From Acidobacteriota bacterium (lineage in GTDB: Bacteria; Acidobacteriota; Terriglobia; Bryobacterales; Bryobacteraceae), in NCBI GenBank assembly GCA_018268935.1, contig JAFDVS010000032.1, positions 17,987 to 81,986 on the forward strand: a stretch of DNA of 64,000 nt, given 5' to 3'. Positions 27,758 through 37,297 of this stretch are shown here, piece after piece. Each line of letters starts with the position of its first letter. The first letter of the stretch is position 1. The notes under the pieces are model-generated. The model was not told the DNA's origin. It was given only the letters and a program-made list of their open reading frames with translations, and did not search any database. Made by a program: the position numbers and the translations under genes.

Positions 27758-28480
27758 GCGCCGCCGCTTCCACAGCACTGCGATTAGCCACGCGCCGCCA
27801 ATCAGCGCCAGCGTCGGTGGTTCTGGCACATCGCCGGTATTCGCAATCGTGAATACCTCCGTGCGGCCCATCAGAAAGTTGGATGTGTAGTCATTTGCCG
27901 ATGGATTCGCTCCCGCAATGCTTACTCCACTGAGGAAACCCGGACCGTAAGTATAGTTCATGGCATACCCAAGTCCTGTTGTCCCACCACTCGTGTGCAG
28001 ATCATGCCCGCCGCCAAATGTTGGTCCATAGGAATTCAAGTTATATGTCTGATAGGGCCCCGCGGGACTCCCCAATATTTGATAGTGGACTCGGGTTTCA
28101 GAAAGGTTGAAAACGAATCCGGTTCGGGCTGCGTCTGGCATCGTGAGGTAATAGCCGCTCATCGCCGCGTTCCAACTGTTGGGATTGTACCCGCCGATGA
28201 TTGCATCTGTCGTGATGCACTGCGTACTGGTTTGGGAAGTGCAGCTCAGTGCTTCGATAACTGTGAATGTCCGCCCCTGATTGTCCGCCGCCGCATGAAA
28301 CGCCGACCAGTTGTCCGGCACCGCATTGCTCGCATAGATTCTCGTCAGGTGCAGATTGCCTTCGCCTAACCAGTCGCCAAGCTGATTCGCATACGCGGAG
28401 GTCAGCAGTGCCGAAGTATCGTATGTGACCGTGGTCGCCGCCAGCGGCAGCGCCGTGAGGAGAAGTGATAGAAAACGCAT
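27059..28480 (-). CDS. PEP-CTERM protein ORF containing two complete signal-peptide/domain/PEP-CTERM modules
   Basis: Start taken at MRFLSLLLTALPLAA (28480). Internal VPEPPTLALIGGAWLIAVLWKRRR is followed directly by MMSGLALAASAMA. Terminal TPEPSTFVMIGGAGLVFLLRRGMRRG. Confidence 0.6.
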   Translation of the reverse strand: MRFLSLLLTALPLAATTVTYDTSALLTSAYANQLGDWLGEGNLHLTRIYASNAVPDNWSAFHAAADNQGRTFTVIEALSCTSQTSTQCITTDAIIGGYNPNSWNAAMSGYYLTMPDAARTGFVFNLSETRVHYQILGSPAGPYQTYNLNSYGPTFGGGHDLHTSGGTTGLGYAMNYTYGPGFLSGVSIAGANPSANDYTSNFLMGRTEVFTIANTGDVPEPPTLALIGGAWLIAVLWKRRRMMSGLALAASAMATPVIDQVNAPNGMTSGFAISNFSAGPNGATGLTGSQVFAAGLTGTLTRLDLPLWNYSAQAGTFYVEMWNNTWGAPVEPPTTPLFSFGINAASLPTTFPGISPAGWTAVDVSSANFQVTAGSQYAIVVRAVRSGGYLEGGWGALLNSNPYTSGVGFIRGANAGNTTNYTSWTAAIPGIAQWDFGFRTWVDADSNTPEPSTFVMIGGAGLVFLLRRGMRRG

Positions 28481-28585
28481 GCGGCGAGCGAAGCATTCTT
28501 CATGCCGCGCTCGCCGCACATCGTTTCAAGTACTTACATCATGCACCCTAACCCGAAGGTTAGAGTGCATCCTAACCGGAGGGCG

Positions 28586-31500
28586 TCAGAACAGGATCTT
28601 CAGCACCAGCACCACGATGCGCGGCTGGTTATCCTGTGCCGGATCCAGTTGTCCGAAGCGCGTGTCCTGCACGTTGTTCGGACGTGCAATGAGCCGCCCG
28701 AAATACGCATAGTCAAACGCGTTCTGGAAGTCGGCGCGAAGCTGAGCCTTCAACCGCTCCTTGATCCGGAAGTCCTTGTAGCCGGAAATCTCCCAGCTCT
28801 GCAGATAGGGGCTGCGCACGTCGGGGAACCGCGTCGGGAAGTCCCGCAACGTGAACGGCGCCTGTGCGCGGTTCGGGAAGATCGAAGTGTCGAACCACTT
28901 GTCGAAGAATGGATTGAACTTGTCACGCCCTGCTTGGCGAGCCAGTTCATCCCTCTGCGACGAAGTCAGCTTCGCACTGCGTGCCGCCGTCGGCGCGGCA
29001 TTCGGGAAGTCAATCGGCTGGCCGGAGCGGTACATGTACTGCACGTTCACGTTCCACCCACCCAGGATCATGTCCGCTGCGCGGTTCAAACCCGAGAGGT
29101 ACTTCTTCCCTTTACCGAACGGAAGTTCGTACGCCACCACACCGGAGAAAGTGTGCGGAATGTCGAACTCCGTCAACCGCTGTTCCAGACCCGTATTGGT
29201 GAGATTGCCAAGCGTGGTGTCCTGCGCGTTCAACTGCGCCGCCCGCTCCAGCATCTTGGACCACGTGTAGGAAACCTGTGCCGCAACGCCGTTGCTGTAG
29301 CGGCGGGTTGCCTTGGTCTGCAAAGAGTGGTAGCTCTGCGACCCAATCGGCAGATTGCTGATGCTCACCTGGCTGAAGTGCGGATAGGCGTACAGCAACT
29401 GCTGCCGTGGCACCGTGGCTCCGTTGAATGCCGACCCCGGCAGTAGTCCACGCATCGGGTTGTTCAGCTGCGTATTGAAATAAGCCTGCCGCTGGTCCAC
29501 CGGGATGCTGTTCAGCAAATCGGCCGCAATGAAATTGAGGTTTGTCCCCACGGGCAGCTTCTTCGTGAGGTTGCCGACGTAGGATGCATCCACCACCCAC
29601 TGCCCGGGAACCGCGCGTTGGATGCCGAAGGAGATCTGGTGGGAATAGGGCAGCGGCCGCTGCAGGATCTGTGCTCCAACACCTTGACCGAGGTTTGTGG
29701 CCAACCCCTGCGTGTTGCCGATCGGCTGCAGCAGCCCGGTCGGGAACAGCGAACGCGGGAATGGATCGGAGAGGTTCGCCGCCGGGGTGAGGTTGTTGTC
29801 CGTCGAAGTGATCATGTCGGTGCGGCGGCTGAAGCCCGTCGCTGCGCCGGCGGCGTTCTGGCCGAGCATGAACAGACCGTAGCCTCCACGCACCACCCAC
29901 TTCGGAGTAACAGACCAAGCCACACCAATGCGAGGCTGGAAGTTGTTGCGGTCCGGCAGGAACGCCAACCGGTCCTGTCCGCTTGATCCCGCAAACAGCA
30001 GCCCGCCTTTGAGTGTCAGACCTTGCACCTGGCTTGCGATCGGCGACGCCTGGTCGAAAGCGAACCCGCGGATCTGGCGGTTGTAACGCTCATAGATCGG
30101 CCCTTCGTAATCCCAACGCAGTCCCGCGTTGATGGTCACATTGCGCCGGATCTTCCAGTCGTCCTGCACGAACAGCGAATAGTAGCGGTTCTGATAGGCC
30201 GGGAACATGTTGCGATCCACGTAGCCCGAGGACGGATAGCCTAGCAGCATCGTCGCGAACACATTGCCCGAAAGAGCGTCCGCGCGTTGTGCATCCGCCT
30301 GTGTCCAGTTGCGGTTGAACGTGTAGTTGCCGGCAGCCGATGCAGGGCTGATGCTGTTGCTGTTATAAAGCCGCAGCTCCGAACCAAACTTGATCGAGTG
30401 CGTCCCGCGGATCATCTGCATGTTCGGCTGCACGCTGTAGGTATCCTGCGTCTCGTACCCGCTGGTCTGCGTCGCGCCGAGAGGGCTGAAATTGTTGCCG
30501 TTCGGCGTGAACCGGGGGAACTGCAGTCCCGTGAATTGCGACACCAGCGAAGAGGGGAAGCCGAGTTCCGCCGGATTGTATCCGGCGCCGAATTCGTTCC
30601 CGCTGAAGCCTTCATAGCGAGCCAGCCCGCCGCGCACGTTCAGCACCATCGTCGGACTCAACGTGTACGTCCAGTCCGCGCCCCAGTTACGCGAGATGCG
30701 TGTGGAGGGATACTCACCGCTCGGCTCAGCCGCGTTCGTACCCCACTGCACGCGAGCGTAGTTGTACCACGGCGTCTCGCCATAGCGCCCGCTGATGCGG
30801 CTCTTGTTCGTCAGGTTCGCATCGAACTTGCCAATCCATTGGTTGTAGCTGTTCTTTGAGCTATTCACGAACAGGTAATTGTTCTGTCCGTCGGGACTCT
30901 CGCTGATGCGGTTCGCCGCCGGATAGAAGCTCGATGCCTTCGCCGCTACAGGATTGATGCGCGAGCCCGGAATCACGTTGCCCGCAAACGGCGTGCGCAC
31001 GAAATTAGCGCCTTCCTGCCGTGTGCTGAGCGGATCGTAGATCCCCACCTGCCGCCGCGAGTTGTCCACCAGTTGCGAGAAATCCCCGCGCAACTCGTTG
31101 GCAGTTGGCACCGTCCAAAGCTGTGTCTGCGGATTGCGTTCCCGTAACGCTTCCAGCGACAGCATGAAGAACAGCTTGTTGCGGCCGTCCAGCAGTTTCG
31201 GAATGTAGATCGGGCCATCCACCGTGAAACCAAACGTGTTGTTCTTAAACTCCGGCTGTTTCAAACCTACGGAATTCCGCGAGTAGCCGTTGGCCTGGAT
31301 GTTGTCGTTCTTGAAGAACTCAAACAGTTGGCCGTGTAAGGTGTTCGTGCCGGTTCGCAGAGTGACGCTGGTAACGCCGCCGCCGAACCGCCCGTATTGC
31401 GCGTCATAGGAGTTCGTGAGGATGCTCACTTCCTGGATCGCATTCAGCGCGGGTGCGAACGTCGCGCTCCGGCTTCCACGCACCGACGACACGCCGTCGA

Positions 31501-32077
31501 TGAGCGTTTCGTTTTCGCCGGAACGGCCGCCGTTGATCGAGATGCTGTTGATATTGCCGAAAGCATAAAGCTCAAAAGAGCCCCAATACCGGCTGGTCTT
31601 GGTAACGCCAGGGAGGGTGAACAGCAACTGATACAGGTTGCGCCCGCTGGCCGGGATGTCTTGCACAAACTTTTGTTCGATCGTCGCCGAGCGCGATGCC
31701 GTTTCCGTCGAAAGTAACGGGACTTCCCCCGTTACCGTGACGCTATCGGCAACCGCGCCGAGTTCCAACCGGATGTCCAGATTCAAGCGGTCCACCGCGG
31801 ACAGCGTGACGCCATCCCGAACCGCCTTCTTGAAACCCTCTTTTTCCACGCTCACTGTGTATGCGCCGGGAAGCAGGAAGCGCGTGACATAGCGTCCGGC
31901 CTCATTCGTGTCGCTATCCACTGTGACCTTGCGTTCTACGCTCGTTACGATCACCTTCGCCCCGGAAATGGGCGCGCCACTCGGATCCGTCACGATACCG
32001 GAAATCTGCGCCCGGAATTCCTGTGCAAAGGAAGCGGGAACCAATAGAAATGGGAGTACCGCAGCAATTAACCTCAT
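28586..32077 (-). CDS. TonB-dependent outer-membrane receptor with N-terminal carboxypeptidase-regulatory-like domain
   Basis: 1163 aa. Signal peptide. ISGIVTDPSGAPISGAKVIV..GRY...LLPGAYTVSVEKEGF (CarboxypepD_reg). Plug plus a long beta-barrel ending in an aromatic residue (..LKILF). Confidence 0.85.
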   Translation of the reverse strand: MRLIAAVLPFLLVPASFAQEFRAQISGIVTDPSGAPISGAKVIVTSVERKVTVDSDTNEAGRYVTRFLLPGAYTVSVEKEGFKKAVRDGVTLSAVDRLNLDIRLELGAVADSVTVTGEVPLLSTETASRSATIEQKFVQDIPASGRNLYQLLFTLPGVTKTSRYWGSFELYAFGNINSISINGGRSGENETLIDGVSSVRGSRSATFAPALNAIQEVSILTNSYDAQYGRFGGGVTSVTLRTGTNTLHGQLFEFFKNDNIQANGYSRNSVGLKQPEFKNNTFGFTVDGPIYIPKLLDGRNKLFFMLSLEALRERNPQTQLWTVPTANELRGDFSQLVDNSRRQVGIYDPLSTRQEGANFVRTPFAGNVIPGSRINPVAAKASSFYPAANRISESPDGQNNYLFVNSSKNSYNQWIGKFDANLTNKSRISGRYGETPWYNYARVQWGTNAAEPSGEYPSTRISRNWGADWTYTLSPTMVLNVRGGLARYEGFSGNEFGAGYNPAELGFPSSLVSQFTGLQFPRFTPNGNNFSPLGATQTSGYETQDTYSVQPNMQMIRGTHSIKFGSELRLYNSNSISPASAAGNYTFNRNWTQADAQRADALSGNVFATMLLGYPSSGYVDRNMFPAYQNRYYSLFVQDDWKIRRNVTINAGLRWDYEGPIYERYNRQIRGFAFDQASPIASQVQGLTLKGGLLFAGSSGQDRLAFLPDRNNFQPRIGVAWSVTPKWVVRGGYGLFMLGQNAAGAATGFSRRTDMITSTDNNLTPAANLSDPFPRSLFPTGLLQPIGNTQGLATNLGQGVGAQILQRPLPYSHQISFGIQRAVPGQWVVDASYVGNLTKKLPVGTNLNFIAADLLNSIPVDQRQAYFNTQLNNPMRGLLPGSAFNGATVPRQQLLYAYPHFSQVSISNLPIGSQSYHSLQTKATRRYSNGVAAQVSYTWSKMLERAAQLNAQDTTLGNLTNTGLEQRLTEFDIPHTFSGVVAYELPFGKGKKYLSGLNRAADMILGGWNVNVQYMYRSGQPIDFPNAAPTAARSAKLTSSQRDELARQAGRDKFNPFFDKWFDTSIFPNRAQAPFTLRDFPTRFPDVRSPYLQSWEISGYKDFRIKERLKAQLRADFQNAFDYAYFGRLIARPNNVQDTRFGQLDPAQDNQPRIVVLVLKILF

Positions 32078-32114
32078 GCCATCCAGTATCTCAAATCAAA
32101 ATCGCGGTAGTGTG

Positions 32115-32966
32115 TCAATGGGTCATCGAATAGATGACGGAATTGATACCGATCCGGAAGCCCAGGGCGGAATACTTCTCCGGATACCGCGGATCGTCGG
32201 CCCACTCCCAGGAATCCCCCACGTCGTGGTTGAATGTCATTACCACCATCGCCCGGCCCTTGTTGTCATAGATGGCCCGAAAGTGCGGTACTGACCCGTC
32301 GTTGCGATACGTCGTGCCCCGCCGCAACCCCCATTGCCCTGGGATCTGATACTGCTCCTTGATGTCGTAGACGGTGTGGAGCACTGCATCCTCCGCATCG
32401 ATCTCCACCGCCGTTTTATCCGGAAACACCAACCGCATCGATTCCATGAAGCGGTCCCATTCCTCAGTGCCCCAAAAATCGTCGATCATGAGAAATCCGC
32501 CGCGCTCCAGAAAATCGCGCAGTTTCGACGCCTGCTGCGGAGTGAGCAGCCAGTCCCCCATCTCTCCAGCGAAGAGAAACGGGTAATTGTAAACATCGTC
32601 GTCCCATTCCAGATTCACAGGCTGCTCCACGGAGCGCACATGGATGCGTGTCAGCCGCCGCAGGATCTGGGCAAAGTGCCGGTCACCCCGCGGATAATCC
32701 TGCGTCCAACTCGTTCCCCCCTCCCGCCAGTCCAGCACTCGTCCGTAACCCCGCGCATATCGCCCGAAGCGCGCCAACGGATGCTGCGGATACATCAGCC
32801 TTCCGAAGATCCATTCCGTCTTTTCCTGGTAATCGGGAGGCAGCGGCACGTTGTCCTGCGGCTCCAGCGAGGGATACACACGAAACGGGCGCGTCTGAAA
32901 CGCATACACCACGCCGAACACAACGATGCCCAATGCAATCGGTCGAGCCAGCGCAACGGTAATCAA
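32115..32966 (-). CDS. DUF4159-domain membrane-anchored protein
   Basis: N-terminal TM. Central block WTQDYPRGDRHF...YPFLFAGEMGDWLLT...LRDFLERGGFLMIDDFWG matches my memory of DUF4159. Confidence 0.7.
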   Translation of the reverse strand: MITVALARPIALGIVVFGVVYAFQTRPFRVYPSLEPQDNVPLPPDYQEKTEWIFGRLMYPQHPLARFGRYARGYGRVLDWREGGTSWTQDYPRGDRHFAQILRRLTRIHVRSVEQPVNLEWDDDVYNYPFLFAGEMGDWLLTPQQASKLRDFLERGGFLMIDDFWGTEEWDRFMESMRLVFPDKTAVEIDAEDAVLHTVYDIKEQYQIPGQWGLRRGTTYRNDGSVPHFRAIYDNKGRAMVVMTFNHDVGDSWEWADDPRYPEKYSALGFRIGINSVIYSMTH

Positions 32967-33040
32967 ACGTGTCCTCGGCGAACTCAGATGGCTCCTAGCC
33001 TACCGCAGCCGGCGTTGGAAGGGTACACTCTCTATTTACC

Positions 33041-34993
33041 GTGCCCCGAACCTTACGCTTCGTCCTGCCCATGTTGTGCCTCGCCGCCTTGCACGCCGAG
33101 GTGACCGGCCTCACTATCCACAAGCGCGAACCCTACTCGAACGGCCGCGTCTACGGCGCCGTGGGGGCCTACGAACTCATCGAAGGCGTGATGCGCTTTG
33201 CTGTTGACCCCGGCGCTGCCGCGAACCAGGGTATCGTCGATATCGCCAACGCACCTCGCAACGGCCGTGGGCTGGTTGAGTTCGAAGCCGATTTCCAACT
33301 GGTGAAGCCCGTCGATCCATCCAAAGGCAATGGTGCGCTGCTATTCGATGTCGTCAATCGCGGCACGTTCCGCTGGCATTCCACTGTTTTTCGTACTCCC
33401 GATAGCGCCCGGACCAGCGCCGATTTCCTCCTCACCCGCGGCTTCACCGTGCTCGCCGTCGGCTGGCAGCACGATGTGCCCGCCAACGATGGAGAAGAAC
33501 GTCTGCTCCGTGCACGCATTCCCACCGCCACGCTGAATGGCAAGCCGATACGCGGCTTGGTGGGCGTTACGTTCACCCTAGCTAAGCCCGCCGCCACGCA
33601 ACTGCTCTCCGACCGTGGCCACATCCCCTATGCGGTAGCCGATCCCAACGCGCCGGGCACACAGTTGACGATGAAACACCTCGACGGGCGCACCGAACGT
33701 GTGCCCCGCGAAAAATGGGGCTTTCGCGGCAAGGATCGCATTTACATGGAAGGAGGCTTCGCCGCCCCGCGCAGCTACGAGGTCATCTATCAATCGGAGA
33801 ATCCGCCCGTAGCAGGGCTTGGATTCGCTGCCGTGCGCGATGGCGTCGCCGCGGTCAAGCAAGGAAAGCTGACTGAATTCGGCATCCGGCCCGGCGCCAT
33901 TCGCCGTTCCCTCGCCGTCGGCCAATCGCAAAGTGGCCGCTTCCTTCGCGGTTTCGTCCACGAAGGCTTCAATGCCGATCTCGAAGGGAAACGCGTGTTC
34001 GATGGCGTGCTCGCCATCATCGCCGGTGGGAGCCGCGTCACCATCAACTACCGCTTTGCGCAACCCTCTGCCAACCCCGGCCTGTTCTTCCCTTACACCG
34101 ATGCGGCGCAAACCGACGCGGAAACGAACGAGTCCGGTGGACTGCTCTCCAACATCCCCGCCGCCATCCGGCCGAAGATGATCTATCTCAACACCGCCAA
34201 TGAATACTGGCGTTCCAGCAATGCCGGGCTCATTCACTTGAGCGCGGATGGCTCGCGCGATTTCGCACTCCCTGAGGATTCGCGGCTCTACGTCGTTGCC
34301 GGCGCGCAGCATGGCCCCAGCCCGTGGCCCGCCAGAAAAGTGGATCGCGAATTGGCCGGCAATCCGCTGAACTATCGCTGGGTCACCCGCGCCGCCTTCG
34401 AAGCGCTCGATCGTTGGGTGGCAGGCACGGGAACACCTCCGGCCAGCCGCTATCCCCGCCTGGACCAGAACCAACTCACGCCCTCTGACCAACTCGGATT
34501 TCCCTCCATCCCCGGTGTCACCGTGCCACCCTCAGCGCAAACCATGGCGCGTGCGTTGCTCCCTGCTCGCTTCTGGACGGAAGGTCCAGTCACCACCTTG
34601 CCCGTTCGTGGCGGCAAGCTCTACCCGCATCTTGTTTCCCGTGTCGACGGCGATGGCAACGAGATCGGCGGAATCGTGCTCCCTGAACTGGCCGTACCCC
34701 TCGGCGCCTACCTCGGGTGGAATCAGCAATTCCCCGGCGCCAGGGATATGAACGCCAGCCTCGGCCTGCCTGGCGGATTCGTGCCCTTCGCTCGCGATGA
34801 AGAGCAACGCAAAGCCAATCGCGACCCGCGTCCTTCACTTGCCGCGCGCTATGCCAACCGTGAGGATTTCCTCGGAAAAATGGCGCTTGCCGCACTGCAG
34901 GCTGTGAAAGACGGCTACCTGCTCGACGAGGATGTTGCCTCTCTTCTCCGCGCCGCGCGGCGCCAATACGACGACATGGCGGGAGGCAAATGA
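33041..34993 (+). CDS. Secreted protein with alpha/beta-hydrolase-type domain (GxSxG = GQSQSG)
   Basis: 650 aa. Signal peptide MPRTLRFVLPMLCLAALHA. VGQSQSGRFLR elbow. The stop overlaps the ABC ATPase start (ATGA). Confidence 0.6.
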   Translation: MPRTLRFVLPMLCLAALHAEVTGLTIHKREPYSNGRVYGAVGAYELIEGVMRFAVDPGAAANQGIVDIANAPRNGRGLVEFEADFQLVKPVDPSKGNGALLFDVVNRGTFRWHSTVFRTPDSARTSADFLLTRGFTVLAVGWQHDVPANDGEERLLRARIPTATLNGKPIRGLVGVTFTLAKPAATQLLSDRGHIPYAVADPNAPGTQLTMKHLDGRTERVPREKWGFRGKDRIYMEGGFAAPRSYEVIYQSENPPVAGLGFAAVRDGVAAVKQGKLTEFGIRPGAIRRSLAVGQSQSGRFLRGFVHEGFNADLEGKRVFDGVLAIIAGGSRVTINYRFAQPSANPGLFFPYTDAAQTDAETNESGGLLSNIPAAIRPKMIYLNTANEYWRSSNAGLIHLSADGSRDFALPEDSRLYVVAGAQHGPSPWPARKVDRELAGNPLNYRWVTRAAFEALDRWVAGTGTPPASRYPRLDQNQLTPSDQLGFPSIPGVTVPPSAQTMARALLPARFWTEGPVTTLPVRGGKLYPHLVSRVDGDGNEIGGIVLPELAVPLGAYLGWNQQFPGARDMNASLGLPGGFVPFARDEEQRKANRDPRPSLAARYANREDFLGKMALAALQAVKDGYLLDEDVASLLRAARRQYDDMAGGK

Positions 34994-35775
34994 GCGTAGC
35001 GCGGGAAGCCATTCGCTTCGACAACGTAGCCAAATCCTTCGCCGAATACACCGCCGTGGAAGGCATCAGCCTTTCCGTCAATGCCGGAGCCTTTCTCTCC
35101 GTCGTCGGCCCCAGCGGATGTGGCAAGTCCACGCTGCTCAACATGGCCGCGGGCCTCATGAACCCCACGCGCGGCTCAGTGTCCATCTTCGGCGAGCCTT
35201 TATCCGGCATCAATCGCAAAGCGGGCTACATGTTCCAGCAGGATGCCCTGCTGCCCTGGAAAACCGTAGAGGAGAACATCTGCCTTGGTCCGGAACTGCG
35301 TGGTGTCCCTTCATCCGAAACCATCGCCCAGGCTCACGAATGGATCGAACGCGTCGGCCTCAAAGGCTTCGCCCACCGATACCCGCATCAACTCAGTGGA
35401 GGTATGCGCAAGCGCGTCGCCATGGCCCAGACCTGGATCAACAACCCGGAGATCATCTTCATGGATGAGCCCTTCGGCGCACTCGACGTGCATACGCGTC
35501 TGCGCATGGAAGGCGAAATTCTCAAACTTTGGGCCGAAACAAACAAGACAGTAATGTTTGTGACCCACGACCTGGAAGAAGCCATCGCACTCTCCGACGA
35601 AGTGGTGGTGCTCTCCGCCGGCCCTGCCAGCCGCATCGTCGGCACTTACTCCGTCAACCTGAAACGCCCCCGCAATCTGATAGACATCAAGACCGAGGCC
35701 GCCTTCAACGACATCTACGGCCTTGTCTGGCGCGACCTGCGCGAAGAGGTGCTGCGAAGTTATGAGCGCTCCTAA
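34990..35775 (+). CDS. ABC transporter ATP-binding protein (NitT/TauT-family-like)
   Basis: Walker A GPSGCGKST, signature LSGGMRKR, Walker B IIFMDEPFGALD, H-loop VTHD. Confidence 0.9.
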   Translation: MSVAREAIRFDNVAKSFAEYTAVEGISLSVNAGAFLSVVGPSGCGKSTLLNMAAGLMNPTRGSVSIFGEPLSGINRKAGYMFQQDALLPWKTVEENICLGPELRGVPSSETIAQAHEWIERVGLKGFAHRYPHQLSGGMRKRVAMAQTWINNPEIIFMDEPFGALDVHTRLRMEGEILKLWAETNKTVMFVTHDLEEAIALSDEVVVLSAGPASRIVGTYSVNLKRPRNLIDIKTEAAFNDIYGLVWRDLREEVLRSYERS

Positions 35776-36553
35776 GCGAACGCCGATCGTCGTTTGGCAA
35801 CTCCTGCTTGGGGCCGCCCTGTTGGCGCTGTGGGAAGCCGGTTCGCGCTCCGGCCTGCTCGACAAGTTCTTCTTCAGCCGCCCCTCGGATATCGTCAGGC
35901 GCGTGGCCGAAATGTTCGCTTCCGGGGCCGTTTGGGGCCACCTCGCAACCACACTGCTGGAAGCCGCACTCTCGTTCGCCATCGGAGTAGCGGGTGGCGT
36001 GCTGTTCGGCTTCCTCCTTGCCCGTAACCGCTTCCTCTCCCAATTGCTCGATCCCTACATCCGCGTCGCCAACGCCCTCCCTCGTGTTGTGCTTGCCCCT
36101 ATCTTCCTTCTCTGGTTCGGGCTCGGCATTTGGTCGAAGGTCGCCCTTGGCGTGACCGTCGTTTTCTTCATCGTCTTCTTCAATACCTTCCAGGGCGTGC
36201 GCGAAGTGGATCCGGTCATCGTGAACAACGCGCGCATGCTGGGAGCATCGGAGCGGCAACTGATCCGCCACGTGCTCATCCCCAGCGCACTGGCGTGGAT
36301 TTTTTCCAGCCTCCACATCTCCATCGGCTTCGCCATCATTGCCGTTGTTGTGGGGGAATACCTGGGCGCGGCCAAAGGCATCGGCTACATGATTTCGCAG
36401 GCCGAAGGCGTATTCGACACCACGGGTGTGTTCGCAGGAATGGCGATTCTGGCCGCCGTAGTTCTCTGCGTAGGCGCCATCGTCGACCGTCTGGAGCGCT
36501 ATCTCCTCCGCTGGAAAACGCGCGACGACGCTGCCCCCGAATCACATCTTTGA
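35762..36553 (+). CDS. ABC transporter permease (NitT/TauT-family-like)
   Basis: Start at MSAPKRTPIVVWQLLL (35762), overlapping the ATPase stop. Six hydrophobic segments. EAA-like loop (NNARMLGASERQLIRHVLIPSAL). Confidence 0.85.
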   Translation: MSAPKRTPIVVWQLLLGAALLALWEAGSRSGLLDKFFFSRPSDIVRRVAEMFASGAVWGHLATTLLEAALSFAIGVAGGVLFGFLLARNRFLSQLLDPYIRVANALPRVVLAPIFLLWFGLGIWSKVALGVTVVFFIVFFNTFQGVREVDPVIVNNARMLGASERQLIRHVLIPSALAWIFSSLHISIGFAIIAVVVGEYLGAAKGIGYMISQAEGVFDTTGVFAGMAILAAVVLCVGAIVDRLERYLLRWKTRDDAAPESHL

Positions 36554-37297
36554 ACCGCACTCCGGGCAGAACTTCACATCGCCCTTCGGCTGATGTCCGC
36601 ACTGCGTGCAGAACTTCGCGGCGGGTGGCTTGTTCGGCTTTCCGCACTGCCCGCAAAATTTCGCCGCCGCATCAATGTCCGCGCCGCAATGCCCGCACAC
36701 CGGTGTTGACCCGCGCCGCTCCGCCAATTCCGGAGCCTTCATCTGTGCGTCAGCCCCCATATCCACACCACCGGCGTAGTTCTGCTGCATCGCCTTTTCG
36801 TAAACCTGCTGCCGTGCTGCCTGCACCCGCATCTCCGCCTGCGCCGCGGGCATGTGTTCCTCCAACTTCGGAGCACACTCCTCGCACAGCGTAGCTTTCT
36901 CGTTCCAGCACACCTCCGGACAAACCCACCGCCCGCACTTTGTGCATTGATGAAAGTACTTCTTCCCCTCTTCCATCGCTTCGCGCAGCGCCGCGTCATG
37001 CTCCGGCCCGCCCACCAGGCGCTGCAGTTCGTAGCTGCCGTATCCGGCGTTGTGCATCCAGCCGCCGAATACATTCCCTGCCGTGCGTAGCACGCTGGTG
37101 GCAAGTCCCGACTTCGACACCACGAATCGCGACATGTATCCGTTGCGGCACTTATCGCAGTAAAACTTGAATTGATAGCCCTTGTCTGTAGACAGGTCGT
37201 CGTAGTTGGCGACGAACTGGATCATTCCCATATGAATGCCATCGTAACACTCAAGCCGTTTCTTACTCGCACTCCCGCTATAATGTTCAGTTCCCAT
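36542..37297 (-). CDS. Cys-rich protein with triple C-terminal zinc-ribbon repeats
   Basis: C-terminus CGHCGADIDAAAKFCGQCGKPNKPPAAKFCTQCGHQPKGDVKFCPECG. N-domain has further CxxC pairs. Start uncertain (ATG 37297, 37231 or 37225). Confidence 0.6.
   Translation of the reverse strand: MGTEHYSGSASKKRLECYDGIHMGMIQFVANYDDLSTDKGYQFKFYCDKCRNGYMSRFVVSKSGLATSVLRTAGNVFGGWMHNAGYGSYELQRLVGGPEHDAALREAMEEGKKYFHQCTKCGRWVCPEVCWNEKATLCEECAPKLEEHMPAAQAEMRVQAARQQVYEKAMQQNYAGGVDMGADAQMKAPELAERRGSTPVCGHCGADIDAAAKFCGQCGKPNKPPAAKFCTQCGHQPKGDVKFCPECGSKM
37279..37284 (+). promoter_or_regulatory. Perfect TATAAT -10 hexamer 11 nt upstream of the modB ATG
   Basis: cgcTATAATgttcagttcccATG. There is no SD between the hexamer and the ATG and no convincing -35. 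Confidence 0.3.

Noticed and set aside
37140-37295. Looked for a Moco riboswitch upstream of modB, and for a TPP riboswitch before the thiE-like gene
   Set aside because: The region upstream of modB is occupied by the divergent zinc-ribbon gene and is too short. The thiE-like gene overlaps fmdE, leaving no leader. I saw no conserved riboswitch strings.
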